The position numbers were made by a program, and so were the translations under genes. This document shows positions 7,694 through 19,420 of a stretch of DNA of 40,374 bases, piece after piece (within the stretch, counting starts at the first letter, position 1; the number at the start of each line of letters is the position of its first letter). Source of the stretch: Minisyncoccota bacterium (GTDB taxonomy: Bacteria > Patescibacteriota > Minisyncoccia > Phycocordibacterales > UBA1550); contig JALNYL010000009.1 in assembly GCA_023229865.1 (NCBI GenBank), positions 1-40,374 of the forward strand, written 5' to 3'. Below the pieces are notes generated by a model. The model made no database searches and was not told where the DNA came from. It saw nothing but the letters and a program-made list of their open reading frames with translations.

Positions 7694-8359
7694 CTAGAGA
7701 TATCCCAACTCCTTAAACGCATTCTCAAATTTCGCGATCGTATCACGCGCGAGCTTTGGCGTAAGATCCATATCAAGTGTTTCTCCGTGAGCGATTTTAT
7801 TGCGGAGCTTGTGTGCCTCCCAGATATCATCATATGAGGCAATCTTTGTGCGGCTCATTCCTTTCAACTTCTCCGCGACAGTCTCCCCCTTGTATCCCAT
7901 ATCCTCAAGCACTTCATCAAGGATATTATCTGCTTCAAGAATAGCAAGCTTCCACTCTGCGGGATTCTCTGAATTCATATGATTCGTAATGACTTGCCAT
8001 GGAATAGACTTCGCTCCAGAAAGAGAATCCACTTCTGGTTTTATTGGCTTATATTTTTCTTCTTCGTGATGATGAATCTCGCGAATCTTTAATGTTGCCC
8101 AAAAAGCACCTGCCATAAAAAGAAGTCCTAAAAATGCGAGACCGTTCTGTATTGAAAAAATGAAATTCTGGATTGTCGCAAGAGGGACTTTCCCCAAAAC
8201 AAAAGAGAGCATTGTTGCAGGAGCTTCTCCTGAAGCAATGGTGTCGACATTTACGGGGACGATATTATCACTCACATACACAAGGAGAATAAAACTCAGA
8301 ACAATCACTACATCACGAATGAGTGTGTCGGGGGCTGGAGCTGGTGCGTCGTGTGCCAT
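7694..8359 (-). CDS. Conserved-looking membrane-anchored hypothetical protein
   Basis: Two hydrophobic segments, then W..I...W+LAILEAD..LD...G.T..E+L...W.AH+.RN.IAH; downstream of gatA. Confidence 0.8.
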   Translation of the reverse strand: MAHDAPAPAPDTLIRDVVIVLSFILLVYVSDNIVPVNVDTIASGEAPATMLSFVLGKVPLATIQNFIFSIQNGLAFLGLLFMAGAFWATLKIREIHHHEEEKYKPIKPEVDSLSGAKSIPWQVITNHMNSENPAEWKLAILEADNILDEVLEDMGYKGETVAEKLKGMSRTKIASYDDIWEAHKLRNKIAHGETLDMDLTPKLARDTIAKFENAFKELGYL

Positions 8360-8373
8360 ATCTAAATGATATT

Positions 8374-9798
8374 CTATTTCTGAGTTTCCTCAAAATCCTT
8401 TCCTGCCGCAAAAAGCGAGCTCTCAGCGAAATGAGGTGCGATAAATTGCATACCGAGCGGGAGCTTTGACCCATCTTCTTCTACAAAACCACAAGGGATT
8501 GAGATTGCAGGGACGCCCGCAATGTTGACCGGCACGGTAAAAATATCCGCGAGGTACATTGAGAGAGGGTCACTCGATTTTTCTCCGATTTTAAAAGCTG
8601 GCGTTGGGGCTGTCGGTGTAGCAATAATATCCACTTCTTTGAAAGCCTCTGCGAGATCGCGCTTGAGCATTTCTTGTACAGCGCGCGCACGTCCATAGTA
8701 CGCATCGTAATAGCCTGACGAAAGCACGTAGGTACCAAGGAGGATACGGCGACGTACTTCTCGACCAAACCCTTCCCCGCGCGACTTCATATAGTCCTCA
8801 AGGAGATTTGCACCATCTGCGTGGTATCCATAGCGCACACCATCGAGACGTGCGAGGTTTGATGAAACCTCTGCGGGCATCAAAATATAATACACGGAAA
8901 GGCCGTGTGCGAGGGTTGGCAAAGAAATTTCTTTTACTTCGTACCCTGCTTTTTTCATAGCCTCGAGAGACTCTTCAAAATTTTTCAAAACACGAGGGTC
9001 CACTCCTTTTGCGCGCACAAAATCCACCGGTACGCCAATCACTTTTGGCTTCTTGAATTCTTTTTGATTTACAAGTTCATCGGGGTACGAGGTGCTGTCC
9101 ATGGGATCATGGCCCTTGATACAGTCAAAAATAATTTCTGTATCTTCAACTGTCTTCGCAAAAGGACCTGCTTGATCAAGCGAGCTCGCCATCGCCATAA
9201 GTCCAGAACGCGACACACTACCGTAAGTAGGCTTGAGCCCCACCACTCCGCAGAAAGATGCTGGCTGGCGAATAGAACCTCCTGTGTCCGTACCAAGAGC
9301 ACCGAGGCAGGCATTGGCCGCAAGGGCCGCAGCTGATCCGCCCGATGAGCCACCAGGCACACGTGTGATGTCGTGAGGATTTTTCGTTACTCCAAATGCT
9401 GAGGTCTCCGTCGAACCCCCCATCGCAAATTCATCCATGTTGGTGCGTCCAACAAAGATCGCGCCTGCTTCACGAAGTTTCTTGGTCACGCCCGCATCAT
9501 ATGTCGCGCGATAATTCTCAAGCATTTTTGATGATGCGCTCACGATACGACCCTTGATCAAGATGTTGTCCTTCATTGCAACAGGAATACCCGTCATCAT
9601 CGTAGCACGACCTTCGTCAATCATCTTCTGGGCAACTTCTGCTTGTGCACGTACGTCGTCAAAAATTTCGAGGTACGCATTGAGATCTTTTGTGTCTTCT
9701 GCAATTTTTAAAACAGCCTCCGCAAGCTCAAGGACACTCATCTTTTTACTGATAAGCATTTCGTGCGCCTCTTTGATTGTGAGATTTTTAATATCCAT
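8374..9798 (-). CDS. gatA: Asp/Glu-tRNA amidotransferase subunit A
   Basis: Amidase signature KDN, NMDEFAMG, GGSSGGS, GTDTGGSIRQPA; SSNLARLDGVRYG. Confidence 0.98.
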   Translation of the reverse strand: MDIKNLTIKEAHEMLISKKMSVLELAEAVLKIAEDTKDLNAYLEIFDDVRAQAEVAQKMIDEGRATMMTGIPVAMKDNILIKGRIVSASSKMLENYRATYDAGVTKKLREAGAIFVGRTNMDEFAMGGSTETSAFGVTKNPHDITRVPGGSSGGSAAALAANACLGALGTDTGGSIRQPASFCGVVGLKPTYGSVSRSGLMAMASSLDQAGPFAKTVEDTEIIFDCIKGHDPMDSTSYPDELVNQKEFKKPKVIGVPVDFVRAKGVDPRVLKNFEESLEAMKKAGYEVKEISLPTLAHGLSVYYILMPAEVSSNLARLDGVRYGYHADGANLLEDYMKSRGEGFGREVRRRILLGTYVLSSGYYDAYYGRARAVQEMLKRDLAEAFKEVDIIATPTAPTPAFKIGEKSSDPLSMYLADIFTVPVNIAGVPAISIPCGFVEEDGSKLPLGMQFIAPHFAESSLFAAGKDFEETQK

Positions 9799-9803
9799 AA
9801 TAA

Positions 9804-10088
9804 TTACAAAATTTTCTTCACGGAAAGACGATTACCCTCGCGAGCTGGTGCCTGATTCAAAATATCCTCCGTGAATACTCCTCCTTCGTGAGCACCCTCA
9901 TCCTCGCGCATCACATTACGAAGCTCCCCCTCCTTTGGGGCCCCCATCTCAGCAGCAACCTCCTTTACCTGCGATACATACTCCAAAATATCCTCCAAAT
10001 CCTTACGGAGGACTTCCTTTTCACTATCTGAAACCGCAATACGGGCAAGTCCCGCAAGGTGCTCTACATCTTTTAGTTCAATCGACAT
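9804..10088 (-). CDS. gatC: Asp/Glu-tRNA amidotransferase subunit C
   Basis: VEHLAGLARI...ILEYV...NVMRED...LNQAP; directly upstream of gatA. Confidence 0.93.
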   Translation of the reverse strand: MSIELKDVEHLAGLARIAVSDSEKEVLRKDLEDILEYVSQVKEVAAEMGAPKEGELRNVMREDEGAHEGGVFTEDILNQAPAREGNRLSVKKIL

Positions 10089-10104
10089 CCTCCTATATTA
10101 GCAC

Positions 10105-12147
<2,043 letters not shown>

Positions 12148-12594
12148 TTAAAGACTAACCCTGAGTCCGCGCTCCACACGACGAGGGCTTACAGACCCAC
12201 ACGCATCATTGTATCCACGCGCAGTTGTTGTCGTGGCCAAAAGAGTTGTGTCCCACGCAATAACAATATTTACACAAGCACCAGAAGGGGTAGCAACCTC
12301 AAAAGTCCCCGTCTGCACCAAGGGGTCCCACACGGGGATATTGGCACCAAAACACTGTGCTGTCCCCGCGCCACCCGCGCCTGGATGAAGCAACCAGTAC
12401 AAAGCGCACTCAAGACCCGCATCTGTCGAAGCAAATGCCGTTTGTGTCTGTGACCAAAATGAGGCAAAGAGGAGCTCTCGATAAGAACGATTGTAAACAC
12501 CCAACCCAACCGCAAGAGCAACTCCACTCACGAGAATCGCAATAAGAAGAAGGGAGCCTCGTTGTTTTGTTTTTTTGTTCATCATATTTGCCAA
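12148..12594 (-). CDS. PilX-like minor pilin
   Basis: QRG|SLLLIAIL prepilin-like cleavage site lacking E5; AF..DAGLECALY motif. Confidence 0.8.
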   Translation of the reverse strand: MANMMNKKTKQRGSLLLIAILVSGVALAVGLGVYNRSYRELLFASFWSQTQTAFASTDAGLECALYWLLHPGAGGAGTAQCFGANIPVWDPLVQTGTFEVATPSGACVNIVIAWDTTLLATTTTARGYNDACGSVSPRRVERGLRVSL

Positions 12595-13163
12595 TTAAAA
12601 ATATCTACAGTAACTGTTATTGTCCCCGTTTGCCCTCCCGTCCTCCAAGTAACCGTCGATGAAACACGACGCTGGTCTGCAGGGAGCGCAAGCGGTTGGA
12701 TAGTTACAATACGCGAAAACTGCGTAAGGGTCGCCCCTGTTTCCTGTCGATACAACCCCGACGAAGCATCAAAATAAATCGGCTGAGGACCCACGGTAGT
12801 AGGGGTCCCTCGATATGTGATTACTGGTTGTGCACTGCTTAATTTCCCCATATCCACTGTATAGTCTCCGTTAGCCATCCCCGTAAGCCAAGGTGCGCCG
12901 GCGAGCTTGTTGCTATCTCGGATTTGTCGTACTGCCTCGATCCCCTCCTGAGCGAGGTTGATAGCAATCATTTCATCCTTTGCGTAATAAAGTTTATGAA
13001 GTGCATCCCCAATAAGCGAGATTGGTCCCACCACCGCAACAAGAAGAATCGAGATTGCGACAAGCGTTTCCATGAGAGTGAAGCCGCGAGAAAAACGTGT
13101 GACATTTGACGTGTGACATTTGACCGCACTGATTTGCATTTTGTTAATTGTTAATTGTTCCAT
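12582..13163 (-). CDS. PilV-like minor pilin (likely start 13163)
   Basis: RG|FTLMETLVAISIL, A..LAQEGIEAVRQIRD; GGAG SD before MEQLT. Confidence 0.85.
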   Translation of the reverse strand: MEQLTINKMQISAVKCHTSNVTRFSRGFTLMETLVAISILLVAVVGPISLIGDALHKLYYAKDEMIAINLAQEGIEAVRQIRDSNKLAGAPWLTGMANGDYTVDMGKLSSAQPVITYRGTPTTVGPQPIYFDASSGLYRQETGATLTQFSRIVTIQPLALPADQRRVSSTVTWRTGGQTGTITVTVDIFNWQI

Positions 13164-13179
13164 GTCAATTGTTCTCCGT

Positions 13180-13737
13180 CTAATTATCATACACGCGCTG
13201 AGTTACTGTCGTTTGGATTTTAAACGTAGTACTTGCTGCCCCAGCACCAAGAGTGCCGCTGATTCCAATCACCACGATTGGTTGCACAGTGTTGGGAGTC
13301 AATGCACTTCCTGAAACAAGAAATCTCAAATCTGACACATTCACCTCGGGCGATGTCACACGAATCATCGGCTCAGAACCAACTGAACGCATGATGGCGT
13401 GTGTAGCTCCATCAAGAGTGTACTTTACACGCAGGTTACTTTGATCATTGAAAAAGAGCGTATTCACCCCACCCGCGATACAATCCTGCACGGCATTGAG
13501 TGCGTCCCCTCCTGCCCCACAATAATAATTTGTCCCCGTTTTGATACGACGCGACATATCCTCGAGTGCGACATTGAGATTGTCGGCGGCGATACGCACC
13601 GAGCGTGACTTGCGGTCACTATTTACAATGGCAAGAAAACTACTCGTTGCGATAAACATAATAATCGTAAAAAGACCGAGAGAAACCGTCATCTCAACGA
13701 GTGTAAAACCTTGTGAATTATGGTTGAGAGTTTTCAT
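13180..13737 (-). CDS. PilW/GspJ-like minor pilin
   Basis: QG|FTLVEMTVSLGLF type IV prepilin motif. Confidence 0.88.
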   Translation of the reverse strand: MKTLNHNSQGFTLVEMTVSLGLFTIIMFIATSSFLAIVNSDRKSRSVRIAADNLNVALEDMSRRIKTGTNYYCGAGGDALNAVQDCIAGGVNTLFFNDQSNLRVKYTLDGATHAIMRSVGSEPMIRVTSPEVNVSDLRFLVSGSALTPNTVQPIVVIGISGTLGAGAASTTFKIQTTVTQRVYDN

Positions 13738-13738
13738 A

Positions 13739-14362
13739 TTACTGAAGTGATATCTGTCCTGTGCGTGTGACGGTTACGGTCGACGTTTTCCCCGACTTTG
13801 TGTCTGCAATAGTGATTGCGATCGCGTTATAGGGCGAAGGGAGGTTTGGGTCAAAAAGCGCAACGTCGGCGATATAAGCATCTGGGTTGGGGCGCTTAAA
13901 ACTAACACTTGCGACATTTGTAGCACAATCAACTCCACCACAAAGAAGTGTTGTTACAGAAATTGACGAGGGCCAAGTCGCACTCGCGCCCGCGATTACC
14001 GCATCTCCCACGTTATAAACGTGATTATTATTCGTATCAGCAAATACGGTTATGCCATTACTTGCGGGAGCTGCCATTGAAAAATATACACCATACGAAC
14101 AATCAAACGCCGTGAGCCCACCACAAACCCCTTCCCCACCTTTTGCCCCCGATCCATACACTTGCGCCTGACGGAGAGCGAGAACTACGTCTTCGGTGGC
14201 GTTTGCAAAGAGAGCGTTTGAGTCGTAGGTGCGATAACTTCCCAGCACCACCCCAGACATCACTGCAAAAATACCAAGAACAATGAGGAGTTCGACAAGC
14301 GTGAACCCCTTTTTAAGATTTTTACTCAAACCTTTTCTGTTCTTTTTGTTATAGAGCATCAT
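13739..14362 (-). CDS. FimT/GspH-like minor pilin
   Basis: KG|FTLVELLIVLGIF, LRQAQ, YGVYF, C-terminal V...GQI. Confidence 0.88.
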   Translation of the reverse strand: MMLYNKKNRKGLSKNLKKGFTLVELLIVLGIFAVMSGVVLGSYRTYDSNALFANATEDVVLALRQAQVYGSGAKGGEGVCGGLTAFDCSYGVYFSMAAPASNGITVFADTNNNHVYNVGDAVIAGASATWPSSISVTTLLCGGVDCATNVASVSFKRPNPDAYIADVALFDPNLPSPYNAIAITIADTKSGKTSTVTVTRTGQISLQ

Positions 14363-15177
14363 AGAAAAGCAAATAAATTGAACGACCCATCAAAAAGATT
14401 AATTCCCATAAAGAACACAATAACAACCCCAACAATAAGGAACGGCCCGAACGGGATTTCGCTTTGCATAGAAAGCTTATGTGCTACTTTTTTGTGAAGG
14501 AGAGCAGAAACTTTTTGTGCCCCCATAGCAATGAGCGCATACGCTGCTCCAATCCAAAAAGCAAGAATGACAGCAGATCCCCCGAGCGTAGCCCCGAGGA
14601 ACCACCCGATTCCGAGTGCGAGCTTGCCATCACCGAGCCCAAGCCAGCGCCCCTGCGAAATAAACCACAAGAACCAAAACGGGAAGAAGAGCATTGGCCC
14701 TGCAATAAGTGTCCACGCATGAGGGAAAGCGAATGCGCGGGCAATGTCGACCGAAAGAAAAAATTTCAGCAAACCAAGAATAGCAAAAATGGCAACAAGC
14801 CCATCGGGAATAATCTGGTGACGCAAATCGTAGACTCCAATGACAATGAGAGTTGAAAAGATACCAAGAAGGAGGGTTGTTTCGAGGGGGGTTTTATTAA
14901 GAAGGAAGATTGAAACAAACATCAAACCCGTAAGCGCCTCAACGAGCGGATACTGCCACGAGAGACGCACCCCGCACTTTGCACAACGGCCACGAGCAAC
15001 AAGGAAGCTAAAAATAGGGACGAGATCGCGCGGTGTCAAAACTTTTCCACAAGAGAAACAATGAGAGCGACCCGTGAGGGGTGAGGTGCCGCTATTGTAG
15101 CGATAAATCACCACATTCAAAAAACTACCAATGATTGTACCGAAGACAAAAACAAGAGCAAGTGCTAAAAATTCCAT
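14359..15177 (-). CDS. pilD: Prepilin peptidase (A24)
   Basis: GSFLNVVIYR, two CxxC pairs, YDLRHQIIPD, GLGDGKL, IPFGPFL. Confidence 0.96.
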   Translation of the reverse strand: MEFLALALVFVFGTIIGSFLNVVIYRYNSGTSPLTGRSHCFSCGKVLTPRDLVPIFSFLVARGRCAKCGVRLSWQYPLVEALTGLMFVSIFLLNKTPLETTLLLGIFSTLIVIGVYDLRHQIIPDGLVAIFAILGLLKFFLSVDIARAFAFPHAWTLIAGPMLFFPFWFLWFISQGRWLGLGDGKLALGIGWFLGATLGGSAVILAFWIGAAYALIAMGAQKVSALLHKKVAHKLSMQSEIPFGPFLIVGVVIVFFMGINLFDGSFNLFAFL

Positions 15178-15197
15178 ATAGACATTTTACCATAAAA

Positions 15198-15241
15198 AAG
15201 AAAATCCGCCCCTGTTCGGCTGAACAGGGGCGGATTTTCTT
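15198..15241 (-). terminator. Terminator after second major pilin
   Basis: AAGAAAATCCGCCCCTGTTC-ggct-GAACAGGGGCGGATTTTCTT. Confidence 0.8.
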
Positions 15242-15247
15242 ATGAGA

Positions 15248-15754
15248 TTAGTTATTGCAAGTATCCCCGTTAATTGCATCAACGATAGTTTCTGGCCCCA
15301 ACGCTGCGTATGTATACGCTCGAGAAGCCCCCACACTATCTACACACCACGCATCCGGAATTGTGTCTCCTGCGGTCCCTCCAGTCTTTAACTGCACCGC
15401 CACTGCCCACGCGTCTGCCAATGCAACACACTGACTCCCTGCAGCCGCACTAAAGCCTGATTGAGTAATAGCCCCTGTAATTGCTGAAAGAATCTTTGCA
15501 TCCGCAAAAATATTACCTGTCGTTGCAGAAGTTGGGCACGTACCGAGAGTAAAATCTGTAGATGCGTAAACAAACCCATTATCGTCATACCAAATACTTG
15601 CTGCGGAGCGAACTCCTGTGAGATTTGATTTAATAGCTGCATCTGCTGCGTTATTGCGCGCAGTATTGAGAGACCCCATAACTACTGACGCGAGAATACC
15701 GATGATTGCGATAACAACCAAGAGTTCAATAAGTGTAAAACCTTTTGATTTCAT
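15248..15754 (-). CDS. Type IV major pilin paralog 2 (likely start 15754)
   Basis: MKSKG|FTLIELLVVIAIIGILASVV; WCVDS motif and C-terminal Cys. Confidence 0.92.
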   Translation of the reverse strand: MKSKGFTLIELLVVIAIIGILASVVMGSLNTARNNAADAAIKSNLTGVRSAASIWYDDNGFVYASTDFTLGTCPTSATTGNIFADAKILSAITGAITQSGFSAAAGSQCVALADAWAVAVQLKTGGTAGDTIPDAWCVDSVGASRAYTYAALGPETIVDAINGDTCNN

Positions 15755-15821
15755 AAAAAAATAGTTTCTAGGGAACATTAACGGGTAGTGCTTTAATTTT
15801 ACAAGAAGATAGCAAAAAAGT

Positions 15822-15856
15822 AAACAAAAATCCGCCAGTTGGCGGATTTTTGTTTT
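15822..15856 (-). terminator. Terminator between the two major pilins
   Basis: AAACAAAAATCCGCCA-gt-TGGCGGATTTTTGTTT. Confidence 0.8.
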
Positions 15857-15885
15857 TAAATCAAATTAATGATTTTATAACACAA

Positions 15886-16383
15886 TTAAGGGCAAACAAC
15901 GGTGTTGAGAGTGAGAAGTGTAGTTGAAGCAGACTTTCCTGTGCTGTCAACACACCAAAATGATGCACCGCCAACAGATTTCAAAGGAACAGATGCTGCC
16001 CACTGATCACCGTCAGAGTTACAATGTGAGGTAGCTGAAGTTTGCGCAGCCCCAGAAAGAGTAACGGTTGAATGACCGTATGCATTTGCTGCCCCCAAAA
16101 CAAGTGGGTAAATACCAGCTGTCCCATTCACGAGACCAGTAGAACTACAAACATCAGTTGCAGTGTTGTTAGTTGAAGGACTGTCGCCTGTGTCATAGCT
16201 ACTTCCGTTTGCGTCATAGAAAAGCTCTGCTTGTGCGCGAGCGTTTGCAAGACCAGACTTAATCGCTGCGTCTGCACCCTTTGAACGTGCACTGTTGAGT
16301 GACGCCAAAACTACTGACGCAAGGATACCGATGATTGCGATAACAACCAAGAGTTCAATAAGTGTAAAACCTTTTGATTTCAT
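15886..16383 (-). CDS. Type IV major pilin paralog 1
   Basis: MKSKG|FTLIELLVVIAIIGILASVVLASLNSARSKG; FWCVDSTG; own promoter and terminator. Confidence 0.93.
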   Translation of the reverse strand: MKSKGFTLIELLVVIAIIGILASVVLASLNSARSKGADAAIKSGLANARAQAELFYDANGSSYDTGDSPSTNNTATDVCSSTGLVNGTAGIYPLVLGAANAYGHSTVTLSGAAQTSATSHCNSDGDQWAASVPLKSVGGASFWCVDSTGKSASTTLLTLNTVVCP

Positions 16384-16600
16384 ATTTTTAAATAAAAACG
16401 AATAACGAGCCTAATAAATTCTTTTGTGAGAGAGTGGCATGGCCATCGGCCACCCTCCCCCATACCGCACTTAGATATTCTACCATTTATGTTGTTTCAA
16501 GTGCAAGGAGTTTGGGCTAAATATCGAATATTGAATTAGAGGGCCGAGCCCAGTAATACCCTTTGTCCTTATTCCATATTCGACATTCAATATTTTACCC

Positions 16601-17797
16601 TTACACATTCCCCGCAATCTGATAAATAGGGATGAGCACCGAAGCGAGCACGCCACCGACACCGATACCGAGCGCTACGATCATCATTGGCTCAATCATA
16701 GAAATCACGGTGTTAATAGCGTTATTAACCTCGCGCTGATACAAAACTGAGAGCTTTTGAAGGATGTTTCCGAGTTCTCCCGTCTCCTCTCCCACCTTCA
16801 CCATCTGAATCATTACATTAGGGATCTCTGGGTGACCAACAAGTGTCGCAGAAAATGGCGCGCCACCCTTTACCGCCGCAACCGACTTTGCAAGAATTTC
16901 TTGATAAATTTCGTTATCCACAATCTTTGCAGTAATTTCAATCGAACGAACCATCGAAATACCATTACTGAGCATTACGTGCATATTGTCTGTCACGCGC
17001 GATAGATAAAGCATACGGTAAAGATTACCAATGACGGGGAACCAAAGCTTGGTATGCGCAATATAGCTCGTCCCACGCGTAAAGCGCCAAACAAAGAAAA
17101 TGACCGCAACAAGGACCATCGCAAGGAGAAGCCCGTAATTTATAAGAAGCGAACTCGCCATAATAACAACAGTCGTATAAATAGGTACTTCCTGCCCACT
17201 CTGTGTAATGATCACTGAAAGCTTGGGGATAACGAGCGTAAGCATGAGAACCATCACGATAACGAATGTCGCTACCACGAAGGTAGGATAAATGAGCGCC
17301 CCGCGCACCTTGGCCATAAGCTCAGATGAGCGCTCGAGATAATCCGAAAGCGCACCAAATGTCTCCGCGAGCTTACCCGACTCCTCTCCTCCGACAACCA
17401 TGTTCACATAAAAATCCGAGAAGAGACTTGGGTGCTTATACAGCGCACCAGAAATGGAAACACCGTTTTGAATATCATCTGATATTTGAGTAAACTTTTT
17501 TGCAATCGTAGGATTTTCTGTTTCTGCCGCGATCATACGAAATGTCTTAAGGGCCGAAACGTGCGCATCAAGGAGTGTCGCAATCTGACGAGAAATAATC
17601 GAGATTTCCTTCACGGAAACACGGTTAAAAATGTCGATATCAAAATCGAAGGCGCTCTTTTCGTCAGCAGAACGCACAGAAATAACTACGAGGCCGTTTT
17701 TTTGAAGTGTGTTAATCGCAACGTCTTGAGTTTGCGCTTCAATATTACCCGTCGTTTCTCCGCCATTTTTCGTAATTGCTTTATATACAAATAGCAT
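16601..17797 (-). CDS. pilC: Type IV pilus platform protein PilC/GspF
   Basis: GEESGKL, ALIYP, VGEETGEL, IEPMMIV; two T2SSF repeats. Confidence 0.95.
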   Translation of the reverse strand: MLFVYKAITKNGGETTGNIEAQTQDVAINTLQKNGLVVISVRSADEKSAFDFDIDIFNRVSVKEISIISRQIATLLDAHVSALKTFRMIAAETENPTIAKKFTQISDDIQNGVSISGALYKHPSLFSDFYVNMVVGGEESGKLAETFGALSDYLERSSELMAKVRGALIYPTFVVATFVIVMVLMLTLVIPKLSVIITQSGQEVPIYTTVVIMASSLLINYGLLLAMVLVAVIFFVWRFTRGTSYIAHTKLWFPVIGNLYRMLYLSRVTDNMHVMLSNGISMVRSIEITAKIVDNEIYQEILAKSVAAVKGGAPFSATLVGHPEIPNVMIQMVKVGEETGELGNILQKLSVLYQREVNNAINTVISMIEPMMIVALGIGVGGVLASVLIPIYQIAGNV

Positions 17798-17814
17798 GAT
17801 TAGTTTTGACCCTC

Positions 17815-18891
17815 TTAGAGTTGCAACATTCTTTCAAGTCCTTTTGGATTGAAAGAATAGAGGAGAGCATTTTCAGGGGTAACCTCCCCCTTCATCACAA
17901 GCTCTGACAGACTACGGTTCATGTCGATCATCCCGTCTTTCATTCCTGTTTCAATCACAATATCAACTTCGTGAGTACGACCCTCACGAATAAGGCTTGA
18001 GACCGCCGTATTGTTAATCAAAAGCTCGTATGCAGGAATGAGCCCCCCTGAGATGCGGGGCACGAGACGCTGAGAAAAGATGCCTACGAGGGACCCTGCG
18101 AGCTGTACGCGGATTTGCGACTGCTGCTCTGCGGGGAATGAGTCAATGATACGGTCAATTGTCTGTGACGCGTTGTTGGTATGGAGAGTCGAAAGCACAA
18201 GGTGTCCCGTCTCCGCAGCTGTAACCGCCGTAGAAATAGTCTCAGGGTCACGCATTTCACCAATCATAATCACATCCACATCCTGACGAAATGCAGCATT
18301 GAGGCCCGTTTTAAAGTCTCTCGTATCAATACCGACTTCGCGTTGATCAATGATTGATTTCTGTGAATTAAACAAGTATTCGATAGGATCTTCAATCGTC
18401 ACGATATGCTCAGCGCGCTCGCGGTTAATAAGCTCAACCATCGAAGCGAGCGTTGTCGACTTACCTTGACCAACGGGACCCACCACAAGGAAGAACCCTT
18501 GCTTCTTTTTGGTAAAAATCTCAAGAATAGGAGGAAGATTGAGATCACTAATCGTCTTCACTTGTGTCGGGATCGCGCGCAAAGCGATGCCCACTGCCCC
18601 CTTCTGATAAAATGCAGCGCCACGGAAACGTCCCTTATTGTAAAACTCGTACGAGAAGTCGATTTCTTTGTTCTGAAGGAAACGATTCATAAACTCCTCA
18701 GAAACAATTTCTTTGAGCATCCCCATAGTGTCCTCAGGGGTAAGAACGGCAAGATTCATGAGAGGAACCAACCCTCCTGAAGTACGAAACGTTGGGTAGT
18801 GCCCTGCCGCAATATGAACATCAGAAGCGCCATCAGTAATAGCGCGCATTATCAACACCTCAACCTCTTCTTTGTAATTACGATTGCTCAT
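17815..18891 (-). CDS. pilT: Pilus retraction ATPase PilT
   Basis: ASDVH, GPVGQGKSTT, TIEDPIE, RQDVDVIMIGEMRD, AAETGHLVLSTLH; 358 aa. Confidence 0.95.
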   Translation of the reverse strand: MSNRNYKEEVEVLIMRAITDGASDVHIAAGHYPTFRTSGGLVPLMNLAVLTPEDTMGMLKEIVSEEFMNRFLQNKEIDFSYEFYNKGRFRGAAFYQKGAVGIALRAIPTQVKTISDLNLPPILEIFTKKKQGFFLVVGPVGQGKSTTLASMVELINRERAEHIVTIEDPIEYLFNSQKSIIDQREVGIDTRDFKTGLNAAFRQDVDVIMIGEMRDPETISTAVTAAETGHLVLSTLHTNNASQTIDRIIDSFPAEQQSQIRVQLAGSLVGIFSQRLVPRISGGLIPAYELLINNTAVSSLIREGRTHEVDIVIETGMKDGMIDMNRSLSELVMKGEVTPENALLYSFNPKGLERMLQL

Positions 18892-18910
18892 TGATTTAAA
18901 TACTGAAAAA

Positions 18911-19321
18911 TTATTCTACCTGCGCAAACGACTCTCCTCCCTCCAAAACAATAGTTACCTTTTCAACAACTTCCGAAGGAGTTGCTGATGCCTTAATAAT
19001 ATATCCATGAATCCCTAGGCTGCGGCCTTTCTCGATGTCTGAAGGCTGTCCAAGATTTGAGAGCACAACGATCTTTGCTTGAGGAGCGAGATTTTCATTT
19101 TTAACAACAGCGAGGAGCTCGAGTCCATCCATATTAGGCATAACCACATCCATAAGGAGAATATCAGGGGTAATCCCCGACTTAAGCTTACTCAAAGCAT
19201 CGAGACTCCCTAGCGCCTGAATAACCTCAAATCCTTTTTCTTTAAACTTGAGGGTGTACATATCGAGAAGATATTTATCATCGTCGGTAATAAGAATCTT
19301 CTTGGGAAGTGATTGTTCCAT
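18911..19321 (-). CDS. Single-domain response regulator (receiver)
   Basis: ILITDDD, LLMDVVMPNMDG, VLSN, YIIKA. Confidence 0.93.
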   Translation of the reverse strand: MEQSLPKKILITDDDKYLLDMYTLKFKEKGFEVIQALGSLDALSKLKSGITPDILLMDVVMPNMDGLELLAVVKNENLAPQAKIVVLSNLGQPSDIEKGRSLGIHGYIIKASATPSEVVEKVTIVLEGGESFAQVE

Positions 19322-19365
19322 AGTGCTCTTATTATACTATGCAAGAGAACAAAAACACAAACGCA

Positions 19366-19420
19366 AAAGCCTCCAAAACAAAACCTCGCCTTGTAGGCGA
19401 GGTTTTGTTTTGAAGGCTTT
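19366..19420. terminator. Long hairpin after pilB
   Basis: AAAGCCTCCAAAACAAAACCTCGCCT-tgt-AGGCGAGGTTTTGTTTTGAAGGCTTT. Confidence 0.75.

Noticed and set aside
8374-10088. gatC-gatA without adjacent gatB
   Set aside because: Split gat operons are common; gatB may be elsewhere in the genome
15248-16383. Diversity-generating retroelement acting on pilins
   Set aside because: No reverse transcriptase and no template/variable repeat pair with adenine-specific differences
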